Notes: generated by a model not told the origin, from the sequence alone. DNA of 63,126 nucleotides, filler included, from Atractiella rhizophila (GCA_021432655.1; 5 parts of 4 records of this genome joined end to end with filler, not necessarily neighbours in it), one strand, 5' to 3'; counted from the first letter of the whole stretch, positions 1 through 13,162 are shown. Numbers and translations are program-made.

Positions 1-493
1 CACGATAACCTAACTTTACAAGGAAGGAAAGGCTTGGGAAACCAATCAACCAAAACTGGCTTATAACGAGGTGAGAGTGACAAAACGCCTGAGTATTCTC
101 CCCGCAATGACCTCGCTTGCAGCCTTATGTACCGCCAAAACCCGGATTCCGAGATGTATATGGATCCTCTCGACGCCCTCATCTCCTCAGGAGCAAGTAG
201 ATGGCCCAAAGGGCACTGCGGAGATGCCGTCCTTCACTTCCAATTTGCGCAGAGGTGCGCCCACTAACGGCAAGAGGCAAGTGCGGGGACGTATCCTTAG
301 GGAGTACCTCTTTGCCCTTCACCTCTCCAGTCTCCACAACGTAGAAGAACAAAGAAATGTTGCGCTATGTTTAGAACCATACTGGGATCTAGTGAAAGAT
401 TTTCCAGGTCTGGAACTGGTCATGAAAGAAAGGTTGAGGCTGGTGAAGTTCCCTCTTTGTACTGAAGAACCAGGCTGGCCATTTGTAAAATGA
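1..493 (+). CDS. 3' exons of an uncharacterised gene (partial, starts upstream of window)
   Basis: GT-AG intron-like segments (gtgaga at 71 to cag; gtgcgc...ctaac...tag ending 300) and a final open exon EYLFALHLSS...PGWPFVK* ending 493. No family recognised. Confidence 0.35.
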
Positions 494-1971
494 AAGATGG
501 TAAATACGTTGATTGTTTGAGGAGGACCCACAATTGCATTCGTCATGCAAAAGGTAGCCTATGTAATGAAAAAGGCTATCATATCCTGGCGCATTAGTTC
601 AAACTGGCGCACGGATTTGTAGTGAAAGCGCGCAAAGAAACAGATACATAAAAGTTCTCACTCGTGTTCGCCTTGATATACACTAATTTATTACCAAAGA
701 CTTGCACTACACTCATCCAATTTAAACTTCTGAAACATGTGTCCAAATTCCTAGCCCAGCTCAGTCTGGATTTCCTTGACTACCCCACACTATGCCCGTA
801 GTCTGATCTAGATCTTGCAGGCCATTTCATGTCACGAGACGAGTTTTGTTCATCTGGCAAGAATGGAGGGTAGTAGAGGGTGGATATATCAAGTGTGGCG
901 AAATCAACGAGTTCGCGACCCAGAGGTGTTTGTGATTAAGGTAGTCAAAGGGAGATGCGGTGAGTTTTCACGGTGCCGATTCAAAGTGCTTCATTGTCAT
1001 TGTGGCAAGCTGACGGTCGCAACTCGCCTGCCACTGCTCTTCAAATCTTCGACGTTGAATGTGCAACATTTAATGGCCGCATAACTCCTTCATAGGCAAA
1101 AAACCTGCATGATGGCTTGCAGTAAATGTGGGGCAGCGTTCGCATTGGAAGATTGGTTCGCTAGTTGAAATAGTAAGGCGATTAAGAGATAACTTAAGTG
1201 AAGGAGAAATCTACATCGTCCAATTTCGTTGCCCTGTGGGCTGATGGTTTCGTGGTACTGTTTCAACACCTGTGACGCGCGTGCAAAGGCTGAAAGACTG
1301 GGATAATGTTAGCATCTATTCGAACGGGATATTGCTCCTTTCTATGGTCATCCCCTTCAGTTTCTGCAATGTGTTTACGTATTACCCATCGTTGTCATCT
1401 CCACCAGTCTCAGCTAAAGGTACCTGTTTACCTACTTCAATCCACCTCAATAGGACTGTCTGGGGAACAGCCTCCGAAGTTATTGGACAGGGTCAGGGAT
1501 GAGATCGATGAATGGGTGAGAGTAAACTACAAGGGAACTACGGAATTTGTTCCTGACCACATTGTCAATCCATTGTTCCAATTTCTTCGAAGCTTGATTG
1601 TCGCCATCTTGAGTTGATCTAGAATGCCATTCGTAATCTAGGCATGCTGCGAAGCAAATCGGGTTGTTCTCATCGCTTCGTAAAGACGTTGTGGTCATTG
1701 GTCATTGCAATTGGATATTGAATCATGAAATGTTCCCGTGGACAGCCGTGGATCCACCTGGACCACAACGGACCACAAACTGCTCGAAAACCGACGCCCA
1801 ACGGACAAGATTGGCATCCTAACACCTCTTATTGTTGACCTACGCCGCGTGGCTCTTATAAGTCTTTTCCATGGATAGACCACTTCTTCGGATCTGTTTG
1901 TTCCCTCCTTCATACCCTTTAGTGCCTTTCGCCACTCTCGAAATTTGGGAGTCTGAGAAGGAAATGTGAAC

Positions 1972-3941
1972 ATGTCGACTGTAAATGATATCCCAACGGT
2001 GATCCAACCCATTCCCTACACGCCTGAACTCGAGGTTCGTTATCTCGTCATATCTCTGTCTTCGGGTGCTATTGATGTTGATGGCATTGTCTAGAGGGAT
2101 CAAGTAGGTTGGCTTCTTCTTCTCACTGGACTAGCTCACCCTCGTGTGTGAAGGTGTTCCCTCTTCTCATCGGGATCTACTTCTCCTTCACGTACGCCTC
2201 TCTTATCCATCCGCACAAGATCATTTATGTTCGCTGTCTGCCCAAAGACTCTTTGGTACGCTTCTGAATCTGCTGTATCACAACCTTGCAAGTTGTAACT
2301 TTACCAAACCGAACCAGGAATCAGCCTCCTTCAAGCGTACTCCTGCTATAGGCTAGTTTCTTTCGTCCGTCACTGAACTTTCGGGAGAATAACATGAGAT
2401 TTCACAGGCTGCTGGGTCGCCTCTCTTTGTCCGCGTCCAAATTGGACTACTTCATCCTGTTCAGCTTCCTCACGCTCGACTTCGCAGACCAAATAGCAAA
2501 AGGTCAATACTTCTCTGACCTCATCATGAATGTAGCCACCATTGGCCTTGCAGCAGCTTATGTCCCAGTCCGTCCCCCTCCCTCGTCTTGTCCTTCCGTT
2601 TTGTTGTTCTGTTGCTGATGGGAGGAGCGTAGGGCCCAAGAGCTTTGATGGCAGTGGCAGTATTCGGTCTGTTCCTCCTTAACAGTTGCTGTAGTTAGAA
2701 TGAAAGAGCTCATGGTTGATGAAAGGTGGACTTGTCCCGCTGGCGGTTCATATCTATTATATGAAGCGAATCTATGGCCTCTCTCGAAATTGGTCTTTAC
2801 GAGCTCGCGTTTGCCTTTACAGTCTTCTCGGAGTCTGCCTTCTCATCAGTTTACAAGCGGTGATTATCCCTATGCCTTCTGCTAAATGGTATCATCCTCA
2901 AGGTTGATAAATAGGTGGTTTTTGCCATCATATCGGGAAGGGTAGGGCTGAGGAAGCCGATCGAGTACCCACGCGACTTGAAACGGTAGCTTATGATCGT
3001 TCCTAGTGCCCCCATGAGCTCATGATCCTGGCTTTAGGGGAATTCCCATCCCTTGGCTCGCCGGTTCGTCTCCTCAATCCTTTGTGCAAATGTTGATAGA
3101 TCGCGAATCATTCTTAGGAGATGCTCTCGTCGATGTTGTCCTTTGCGCGTCCGTCGACTTCTTCATCTCTTGACATGAAACTAACAAACACGCGGTCCAC
3201 AAAGAATCATGTCCATCTACCTCTTGTCTCAGAGAGCTGAAATCAAAGATAGTGTGCGTCTCATCCATCTAGCCTACCTCGACCTCTGCAACTGACATCT
3301 GATAGAATGATGTCATCTACCGCGTTCGTTTTCCATCCTTTTTGCACCTCCATCGATTCGTGGCTGAGTGAGCGAAATGAAAGCTGCTTGCGCTTACGGT
3401 AGAAACTGGATTGTTCCCAGCTGCTATCGCCCTCCTAGATCTGGGTCTTGCCATCGCTCACCCCGTATTCCTCCTCCTATGTCGCACCGAAACTGAACTG
3501 ACACGGAACGCAGCTGAAACCGTGGCATTTTTCTCCAAACTTCATCTTAGGCAAGGCTTACATCAATTCCGTTCGTCCTTGACCATTCGTCACTTTTATT
3601 TCTGGTTTAACTCTTGTGTCAATCACAGGCACTCTTCCTCTTCCGCACAACGCTTGAGAATCGAGCCAAATCTTCTGGCAAGTCTTCTTCCACTCCAATG
3701 AGCACACGTCGTGGTGGAAGGAGCTTCAACATCTTCTCTCGGAGGAACCATTCGGAGAGCGGAGGGAGTACTGTATGTCGCCCATCCCTCCTGAAACTTC
3801 AACGAGTAGGTTGAATCATCTGGATGATAGTCTGCACCGACACATGCCCCAGTTGACGAGATTGTGATTGACGTCGACCCGCCGGCGAGGGAGAAGTTGA
3901 GGAGGACGCAGAGCGATTTGGCGCTTGGACATGTTTTCTAA
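1972..3941 (+). CDS. Multi-exon fungal integral membrane protein, DUF6534-like
   Basis: Manual splicing of many small exons: MSTVNDIPTVIQPIPYTPELE..., VFPLLIGIYFSF, ISLLQAY, DALVDVVLCA, LLALTVETGLFPAAIALLDLGLAIAHP, GKAYINS, ending ...LALGHVF* (TAA 3939-3941). The TVETG and K-x-Y-x-NS motifs are typical of DUF6534 proteins. Missed as a unit by the ORF track. Confidence 0.6.
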
Positions 3942-4142
3942 GGTGGTTCTAAAGGTCTAGGTCATGCCCTGTTTGTATCACTTTTCTTGGTCGTGTTTTC
4001 ATTGTTTACGCTGGTGGTCGTCGTGAATCCGTCAATTGTACCTATGTACTATGTAACTCAACATATTTAGCCGCCAGAAGACCGGTTTAGACTTTCTCGT
4101 GTCGTGATGTGAGTGAAGTCAGACATCCTAACCTGTCTTTCA

Positions 4143-5972
4143 TCACTCCGGCCTACTCCCCTCCCACACTCCCGACACTCTGTCCCACCTGCTCACCCCA
4201 GACTCTCTCATTGTCCTCCTGGAAATCCTGATCTCCTCCTCCTCCCACTCTCCAAAGAATAAAATGATGCTTAAATTGCTCCCTCTTGTCCATTTCTCCT
4301 CTCCAGGTCTAAGTACCTCAGCCACATCCCCTTCCTTTACTTTGCTCGCCCTCGCCCACCTGTCCCCAAAGAACCACCGGATGAAGTCTGGGAAATCGAA
4401 CCAGTCGACCAAACAGTACCGAAGGTCTACTCGCTCTATCGATTTTGCATTCTTGAGAGGGCCAAAGAAGCGGTGAGAAACGAGGTTGGAAGTTTCCTCG
4501 CCGCCATCAAGGAAGAGAGAGGTCAGCTGTTTGAGATGCGATAAGTCAAGCGGAGCGAGGAGGATGGAAGCCTGTCCATCTGTAGAGAACGGCGCCAGCT
4601 TGAGCAGGAGATGCTCGAGAAGAGATGGCAGAGGGGAAAGAAAGAGGGTGGGTGGGAGTGGACATAGATTAGTGAGAGTCAGATCCAAGAGAGTGTCTGG
4701 AAGTGAGAGAGTCGAGAGGGGTGGGTATGTTTGAAGCGCGAGGGATATGAATCCAAGGGGTACTTGAAGACCTGCTGATGCCAACGGGATAGAGGGTGAC
4801 AAGGACACGCCATTCACTTCGCGAGCAGAGAAACGTTTGAGCCTCCCACTCATCCTCCGCATAAAGTCCTCCACCTCCGCTTTCTCCCATCTTCTTAAAC
4901 CCATATCTCCAAAGGTCACCTCCTCCAAACCCGTCAAGCCCTCAATTGCTTTCAACACCATCTTCCCCTCCTCTTCATTCCAAAATGCATCGAGGTACAC
5001 CTCAGTAACATTGGGCGAGCCCATAATAATCTCTTTCACCATCTCAATGTCAATAGCTTCTTTAAATTGCAGTATGCTCCACAGACGTCCAGCATCGGGG
5101 TACAGTCTCAAGCGGGTATACATCTCTTTCGCGGAGCTCGGTTCGTTCCAATAAGCAGCAGAGACAATTCTCCAAAGCCGACAAACTTTAGAGAGATTGG
5201 AAGCAGTACGGTATGCAAGACCAACTTCGCTGGCTGCCAGGAGATCGAAGGTGAGAGAAAGGAGCTCGATAGGTAGGCGAGAGATAGGACATGCAACAAT
5301 CGGCGAAGTTGGAGAGAGCGAAAGTTGGATGGTGGTCGCCTTGCTTTGATAGAGGGCTGGGACGTATGACCCTATGTCATTGCTGACAGGGACGAATTGT
5401 TGTTTGGTTCCGGAGCAAAGGGCAACGAGGGTGAAGATGGCTTGAGAGCGATCTTCTCGAAGGACAGGAAATGAGCAAGTGAAGTGCTCCGTGCCTGGAC
5501 GCTTCTCGTCCAAATCAACATTTGCGGCGTCTTCGATTTCCACGACACTTTTCGAGTCGAAGGAAGGAAATGCAAAAATTCGCCACACCATCGTTGTCGA
5601 CTGGAGCTTGGAGACATTTAAGAGAGAAACAGGACAATTTTGAAGTCATTGCTGCCGGAGCCTCATCGTTGAATCCAAGAGGTAAGATAAACGTGATTTG
5701 GAGAGTATGGATTGCCGGAGGTAGGCAAGATAGGAATGAAGGAAGAATAGAGAGCTGGAGGGAAGTGCTCCATTTTGCTGGGGTGATGAGATTAACAAGC
5801 AAAATTGAATCTGGTTCTTGGCATTGCCATAACATAGAGGTGGGCTGGTGAATCGTTTTATGAGAAACGGCGGTAGACTACAAGGACCATATCTCCATGT
5901 TAGACCATCCAAAGAAGGCCACGACGGATCAGAACATGCCTGATCTGCGCTGACACACGAAACTTGAGCCAT
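4143..5972 (-). CDS. F-box / LRR(RNI)-like protein, copy 1, with one frameshift near 5560 (pseudogene or sequence error)
   Basis: 482-aa ORF with F-box ISRLPIELLSLTFDLL...VCRLWR and Leu-rich repeats. Upstream ORF 5515-5835 (LQLSILPSFLSCLP...NDGV) matches the N-terminus of the paralogue at 38864 but in another frame; removing one GAAG copy at 5559-5566 joins them. Confidence 0.7.
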
Positions 5973-6574
5973 CGCACCGTTTCAAGACCAAGGACAGAGA
6001 TCAAACTGTGACGTTGGAGAAGGAAACGTGGATCGAAATGAATCGTTTACGACGGATTAGGCGGCCCTAGACCGTTTATCGTGGCGACTCCGGGTGTTGA
6101 AGGGCCTGTTAAGGACGTCCGTTAGGCTTCCACAAGGAAGACTACGGTAGCATTGGCCCTTGAAGAGCAGTAACCTCACTTCGATGAGAAGTGTTAAACG
6201 GCCCGGATGGTGAGCTGAGGATCGTGCACGATGTTCAACTTTCGCCGATATCACTTTAACATGACATCAAAAGGGTAGAGGAACGATTAATTAGTGTGAA
6301 AGGGGCAGGAGGTAGTACCCACAGCTTTAACACCAAATGACCCTGCCCAACTCAACTTGTTGATCTCCTTCGTCCGCTCAAATTTTCACTTGGTCTTGAC
6401 GGCGAGGAGAAGTCGAACGAAGCACATGCTAGAATGCTCTGATTGCCAGACCACCGTCGCACGCTGAGTATCGCTGTAAGGGGGATAAACTGCAAATCAC
6501 TAATTCTGTAGTTATGCTTTAATCCGCTCCGCTCTGACACGAACACGACGACGAGGACACGCAGAGAAAACAGG

Positions 6575-7130
6575 ATGTCTAGCGCAGTGGAGGATCCTCA
6601 ATCGATATCAATAGAGGTTCGTTCTCCCTCCATCCTGCAAACTTCACCAACCTACTCTGTCGCAGAACTACGGCCACAACTCGCGCGTGCTCTACTCTCT
6701 CAAAAGCGGTCTCACCCTTCTCTGTGGGAGCGTCTCCGGTATCCTAGGCCTCTCAAACTTCCAAGGATTCGCCTTCTATCTCTTCTGCTCCTTCTTCACT
6801 TCATCCTTCATCCTCCTCGTCAACTGTGGGACGAAGCCTGCGAAGTTTTTCAAGAATGGGGCGAGGGAGGTGTTGACCAATGGTGTCGTGGATGGAATCG
6901 GCAGTTTCGTACTTTGTCCGTCTCTTTTCTCGCCTCATGCTAGCTACGAAGCGTACTAATTGAGCTTGCGCTGATAGGGTGGACACGTAAGTTTCTCTCG
7001 CTTTTCAGTTTTCGCATACAGCCACTGACGGAAGGATGGAACACAAGTATTTTATGCTCTTGTTCACGGTTCGTCATTCTTGACAGGTTGGAAACAAGGG
7101 TACTGATTAATCACAATAGTATACGACTAG
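6575..7130 (+). CDS. EMC6: ER membrane protein complex subunit 6 (Rab5ip family), copy 1
   Basis: Spliced: MSSAVEDPQSISIE/NYGHNSRVLYSLKSGLTLLCGSVSGILGLSNFQGFAFYLF...GIGSFVL/WWT/LFYALVH/VYD*. The GILGL...GF..Y and FVLxWTLFYxLVHVYD motifs are characteristic of EMC6. Confidence 0.88.
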
Positions 7131-7157
7131 GATCCCAGTACTCTAATAATAAGATCT

Positions 7158-7968
7158 CTACCTCCTTCTCCTCCCTGATGCACTCTGCAAAGCTTGAGCC
7201 TGAAACCTGCTCGTATCCCTCCTCATCCGGCTACAATAACACATCACAATCAACATGTTTTCACACACAAAAGAAAGTGATGGAGAAAAGAAGCGTACCG
7301 TATAGCCCTCTCCTTATCAGCCGCGATCCTATCCAACTCCTCCGTCGTCCTAATCTCCAACCTCGGACCCCACATTCCCCCAATAACCTCCTTCCAATCC
7401 CTCCACACTCCCTTCAATCCCTTCCCACCAGCTTGCAGGCCGAGCTCTAAACACTCCCGTCTGTGCTTTAAGAGTTCGGCGTGTATGGCGTGAGAGATGA
7501 GTGGCGCGCTTTCGGATGTAAGGGCGAGGTCGGAGCAGAGTTGAAGCGAGAAGGATTCCGGTGTTAGTGGAGAGGCAAGGTCCCATTCTAGCCGATCTAC
7601 GAGGTGGAGGGTCTGGATTTGTACGTCCAGCTGCCGACAAGCGCATTTAAGCCAAGTCCAGTCCATGGAAAAGAAAGAGTGAGACGAACGTTAATGATGA
7701 CCCGTAAATCCTGTTGCATACCCGTCCCATCCGATTTCCCCTCCCCCGCTGCTGCTGCTGCTGCTTCGGGTTCCGGCTCTGGTTGTGAGGTTTCGACCTG
7801 TAAGAACTCGAAGAGAGACATGTGTTCTTCGATTTGACTCTTTATTGAATTCGAGACCAGATCAGCGTGCGGCTGTAATGGTATGTCGAGGTCTTTACAG
7901 AAGATTTGGGCGAAGGTTTCGGGGGTAATTAGCTTCTCTAAGTCCGGACAGATGTCAGGAAGAGGACA
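7158..7968 (-). pseudogene. 5'-truncated duplicate of the SFH1 3' exons
   Basis: Identical to 9141-9951 but lacks the upstream exons; lies inside the tandem duplication. Confidence 0.8.
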
Positions 7969-8556
7969 ACCAAGGACAGAGATCAAACTGTGACGTTGGA
8001 GAAGGAAACGTGGATCGAAATGAATCGTTTACGACGGATTAGGCGGCCCTAGACCGTTTATCGTGGCGACTCCGGGTGTTGAAGGGCCTGTTAAGGACGT
8101 CCGTTAGGCTTCCACAAGGAAGACTACGGTAGCATTGGCCCTTGAAGAGCAGTAACCTCACTTCGATGAGAAGTGTTAAACGGCCCGGATGGTGAGCTGA
8201 GGATCGTGCACGATGTTCAACTTTCGCCGATATCACTTTAACATGACATCAAAAGGGTAGAGGAACGATTAATTAGTGTGAAAGGGGCAGGAGGTAGTAC
8301 CCACAGCTTTAACACCAAATGACCCTGCCCAACTCAACTTGTTGATCTCCTTCGTCCGCTCAAATTTTCACTTGGTCTTGACGGCGAGGAGAAGTCGAAC
8401 GAAGCACATGCTAGAATGCTCTGATTGCCAGACCACCGTCGCACGCTGAGTATCGCTGTAAGGGGGATAAACTGCAAATCACTAATTCTGTAGTTATGCT
8501 TTAATCCGCTCCGCTCTGACACGAACACGACGACGAGGACACGCAGAGAAAACAGG

Positions 8557-9113
8557 ATGTCTAGCGCAGTGGAGGATCCTCAATCGATATCAATAGAGGT
8601 TCGTTCTCCCTCCATCCTGCAAACTTCACCAACCTACTCTGTCGCAGAACTACGGCCACAACTCGCGCGTGCTCTACTCTCTCAAAAGCGGTCTCACCCT
8701 TCTCTGTGGGAGCGTCTCCGGTATCCTAGGCCTCTCAAACTTCCAAGGATTCGCCTTCTATCTCTTCTGCTCCTTCTTCACTTCATCCTTCATCCTCCTC
8801 GTCAACTGTGGGACGAAGCCTGCGAAGTTTTTCAAGAATGGGGCGAGGGAGGTGTTGACCAATGGTGTCGTGGATGGAATCGGCAGTTTCGTACTTTGTC
8901 CGTCTCTTTTCTCGCCTCATGCTAGCTACGAAGCGTACTAATTGAGCTTGCGCTGATAGGGTGGACACGTAAGTTTCTCTCGCTTTTCAGTTTTCGCATA
9001 CAGCCACTGACGGAAGGATGGAACACAAGTATTTTATGCTCTTGTTCACGGTTCGTCATTCTTTGACAGGTTGGAAACAAGGGTACTGATTAATCACAAT
9101 AGTATACGACTAG
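8557..9113 (+). CDS. EMC6: ER membrane protein complex subunit 6, copy 2
   Basis: Coding sequence identical to 6575-7130. Confidence 0.85.
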
Positions 9114-9140
9114 GATCCCAGTACTCTAATAATAAGATCT

Positions 9141-10869
9141 CTACCTCCTTCTCCTCCCTGATGCACTCTGCAAAGCTTGAGCCTGAAACCTGCTCGTATC
9201 CCTCCTCATCCGGCTACAATAACACATCACAATCAACATGTTTTCACACACAAAAGAAAGTGATGGAGAAAAGAAGCGTACCGTATAGCCCTCTCCTTAT
9301 CAGCCGCGATCCTATCCAACTCCTCCGTCGTCCTAATCTCCAACCTCGGACCCCACATTCCCCCAATAACCTCCTTCCAATCCCTCCACACTCCCTTCAA
9401 TCCCTTCCCACCAGCTTGCAGGCCGAGCTCTAAACACTCCCGTCTGTGCTTTAAGAGTTCGGCGTGTATGGCGTGAGAGATGAGTGGCGCGCTTTCGGAT
9501 GTAAGGGCGAGGTCGGAGCAGAGTTGAAGCGAGAAGGATTCCGGTGTTAGTGGAGAGGCAAGGTCCCATTCTAGCCGATCTACGAGGTGGAGGGTCTGGA
9601 TTTGTACGTCCAGCTGCCGACAAGCGCATTTAAGCCAAGTCCAGTCCATGGAAAAGAAAGAGTGAGACGAACGTTAATGATGACCCGTAAATCCTGTTGC
9701 ATACCCGTCCCATCCGATTTCCCCTCCCCCGCTGCTGCTGCTGCTGCTTCGGGTTCCGGCTCTGGTTGTGAGGTTTCGACCTGTAAGAACTCGAAGAGAG
9801 ACATGTGTTCTTCGATTTGACTCTTTATTGAATTCGAGACCAGATCAGCGTGCGGCTGTAATGGTATGTCGAGGTCTTTACAGAAGATTTGGGCGAAGGT
9901 TTCGGGGGTAATTAGCTTCTCTAAGTCCGGACAGATGTCAGGAAGAGGACAGAGGGAGGCGGGGTGAGGAAGAGAGGAGCGTACCGTTCAGGTTCCACAT
10001 GAACGCGTCTGAAATCCGGTGATGCTCTGTCGTCAGTTCCAGAGTGATGGGAATGAGTAGCGTCGATTCATCCGCTTGCTCTTCAAGCGACTCTTCATTC
10101 CTTCCAACAGAAAGAGCCATCAACACCCATCCATACCCGTGACATAAACGAAAAGGGAGGCTTACAACCAAGGATGTTGCGTCCTCGGTGCAACTTTCGA
10201 ATAGATCAAATTCCCTGGTGGTTTCGCGCCTAGAAAATTCCTCCCTTCGCCCCACGGCATATCCTCACTTGTCTTCTGCTCCTGCACCTTCGCTGCTGTC
10301 CGTCTCCTCCTCCCTCCTCTCCCTTCTCCAGTATAGTCCGAATCATCACTCTCGTCATCATCCGGCCCTTCAATCTCTGCATAATTGACAACAGTTCGCT
10401 GCCGCTTGCCAAGGACGCTCGAAGACGCTGTTGGAGTTCCTGTTCCTCCACCACCACCTCCTCCACCAGCGGCAGGTGCAAAACCCAAAGGCACTTCCTT
10501 AGCAGCGACGGGTTGCACGAGACCCGTTGTTCCAAGCTTAAGACGATTAGGATACGTGGTAAACCTCGCCTGTCCAGTTCCAACGGGATGATAAGGGGGC
10601 AAAGGATCCGTGGACGTAGTGATCTGTCTCCACTTCATCTGTAGCGGCTGTTGTGCAGCATATCCCTGTGAGGGCGCGTACGCGTACGCTGGTGTGCGGG
10701 AGGCGGGCGCCCTGTCTCTGGATGCGACTGGAGGAGGCCCATTCGTATACGGCGTACGTGTCGGGTCCGCGGCGTAGCGTGGAGGTGGTCGCTGGACGCG
10801 TGTGGGCGAGGATTGGTAGGCTGTTGGAGGGGCGGGTGTGCTGTTGGCGGGGGAAAACGAAAAAGACAT
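9141..10869 (-). CDS. SFH1: SNF5/INI1-family RSC chromatin-remodelling subunit Sfh1
   Basis: QARFTTYPNRLKLGTTGLVQP N-terminal motif; SNF5 repeats LIPITLEL...ISDAFMWNLN/EKLITPETFAQIFCKDLDIP and LDVQI...LVDRLEWDL...PESF; C-terminal WGPRLE...ERAIRRMRRDTSRF...RRRR*. Start may lie further upstream (ATG 11089). Confidence 0.88.
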
Positions 10870-11296
10870 TTTGGCTCGCGATGAAGTTTGGGATGGCGGC
10901 TGATCCCCTTGGGGGAACTAACCAAACCTATTATCTGTCACGTGAGTACACACTGAAAGCCAGCTTGATTAGCACCTCGCGGTTCATTGCAGAGTACATA
11001 GAGAGTGCTGCAGTCGGTGCTGAGGCTGAGATGGCTGCTGTCAGGTATTGTGGGGCAATAGGACGCGTTTGGTGCCAGCTCTGCGGCATGTCGGTCGCTG
11101 AGATAGAGAGATGCAGAGATGCAGAGAGATCTTGAAAACGACCAGCATCCAATTTCAGCGACCCGAACTCCACACATGAAAGCTTGAGCAGTGACTAGGC
11201 AGTGTAATCCCTCTAGCGCTCTCGAAAACGAGAAGGAGTGTAGCTCAAACCAGCGAGCAGCAGTCTCTCCGGTTGGATTTTGTGGATACGGTTAAG

Positions 11297-13035
11297 ATGG
11301 GCCGAAACTCAGAGGAGCACTCTATTGCTGCTCTGGCAGCCTCAACCGGAGGTCTGTAAACGCTTCCTGAAACCCATGCATGAGAGGAAATACTGATTTG
11401 ATGGATTTGTGGCAGCCGTCGCGGTTGTCCCAATAACCGCTGGTGGGGAAGACCTGCATCAACATCGGGATGAGGTAGTTCGAGCGTATAAAGGTGTGTC
11501 ATCTCTCTCTGACTTTGTTCCGTACTGATCAAGATGGAGCAGATAGGATTCGCGCGTTCAGGACAAACACTTCAGACTATGCCACGTTCAAGTTCTCTCG
11601 ACAAAGCGAGCCCAGTGGTGCTTTTCAGCCTAAAGAAGAGTGTACGGCCCAAGAGCACGATAGGGGATTGATGGATCGAATGCACCAAAATCCTGTCTTC
11701 CACTCTCTCTTCGACCTCGAACAATACCTCCTCCTTGCACCGAAACGTTTCAAATCCCTCTTCTCCCACAGCAGCCACTCTCCAGTCCACCCCTCCGCCT
11801 CTCCATCCACAGAACCCGATCCATTCTACCTCGACATTGATCTCTCCGAAGCTCTGGAACCGTCGTCGAAGTCCAATGAAGTGCTCTTCCTCAACCATTA
11901 TACCTACGACGACCTCGTTGCAGCGTTGAAAGAGCACGGCATTCTCTCCTCTCTCGCCTCCTTAGGCTATACCTCCACCTCCCTCATCATCGACACCTCC
12001 GATTCGTACCAGCACCGTGTCTCTCTCGTCGACGCTTCCCTCTTCGACCCCTCCCTCAATCTACCCTCCTCAGAAAGGTACCTCATCGACTGGTTCCTTC
12101 GACGACGGAAGAATTGGACGACGGCCAATATCCTGTCATATCAGCTCATGCACCGTCTCCTCACATCCGGTTCCTGGGAAGCTCTCACGAAAGCGGGCGA
12201 GTTTCGAACAGCCTATCTCTCACTTGACGCCGCGAAGGAGGTGAAGGAGTTCCTGGAGAGACAGGTTGAGAAGGATGGCAGGAATTCAAAGAGCGGAAAT
12301 GGGACGTGGGAGGTCGTGGAGAGCTTGTGGATGGTGATGCAGAACCCGAAGGCGAAACCAAAAGAAGGCCGTGGGTTGTTACCCAGTCAAAGGTTTCCGG
12401 GTTTAGGTCTTGGAGAAAAAGTGAACAAGATGATGACGGCTTTGGCGAATGATGGTGGTGCGTTAACTTTCTTTTATTCCTCCACTATGAAGCTACAGGC
12501 TCAAATAGGTATGCTGTAGAGAAGTCCGATGCCATTCTTAACTTCCCCCTGGGCTGGCATAATGCCTTCATGTACGCTCGAGCGGGTTACCTTTTCCTCA
12601 ATCCTGTCTTTGACGCCTATTTCGAATGGACTTGTGTACAACTAAAACCGCACATCCAAAAACACGGTTTCGTCTTTATAGCATGGGCCTGGGTACGTTG
12701 ATCTGCATTCTCTGTTACTACGAGCGCTAATCCAATTCCCCCCTATCTACCTTATGCAACAGACAAATGGCCACATCCGCCGAGTGCATTCTTCACCATC
12801 AGGAGAAACCTCGAGAGAACTGGAGCGGTGGAACCCCGAAGAACAGCTCCTGCCCTGCGGAGAGTCGATGCGACACTTTTTCAAAAGTGAGGGCTGGAAG
12901 TCGTTGAGGAAGAAGTACCTGCAAGTTTTTGAGAAGGATGAATCGACGTCTTTGACTGTAGAGGTTGAAAGCGCGACGGAGCTGTGGAAGCTTTCGTTGG
13001 ACGGAGAAACTCGATGCAGGGAGTTTGAGGAGTAG
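11297..13035 (+). CDS. Uncharacterised protein with WMVMQNP / LPSQRFPGLGLG / WHNAFMY motifs
   Basis: Long exon of about 11533-12457 in the 341-aa ORF, an exon DAILNFPLGWHNAFMYARAGYLFLNP...IAWAW (about 12520-12692) and a final exon to TAG 13035. The 5' exons from ATG 11297 are less certain. Confidence 0.7.
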
Positions 13036-13162
13036 TAGGCCATCTCAGGTTCGTTCAGGCGCAACGCGTGCAGGTTCACTTGTACGATCAGGCAATCATG
13101 CTGTTGTATAATCATAAGAGTGTCCGGTTGTACTTGTCTCGTCATTGCAATCGAGAACTAAA

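Larger units (their letters stand above)
5987..9951. repeat. Near-perfect tandem duplication of about 1.98 kb (5987-7968 and 7969-9951)
   Basis: Both units start ACCAAGGACAGAGATCAAACTGTG and end GGAAGAGGACA. ORF offsets are 1982 then 1983; the only difference seen is one extra T near 9062. Confidence 0.97.
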
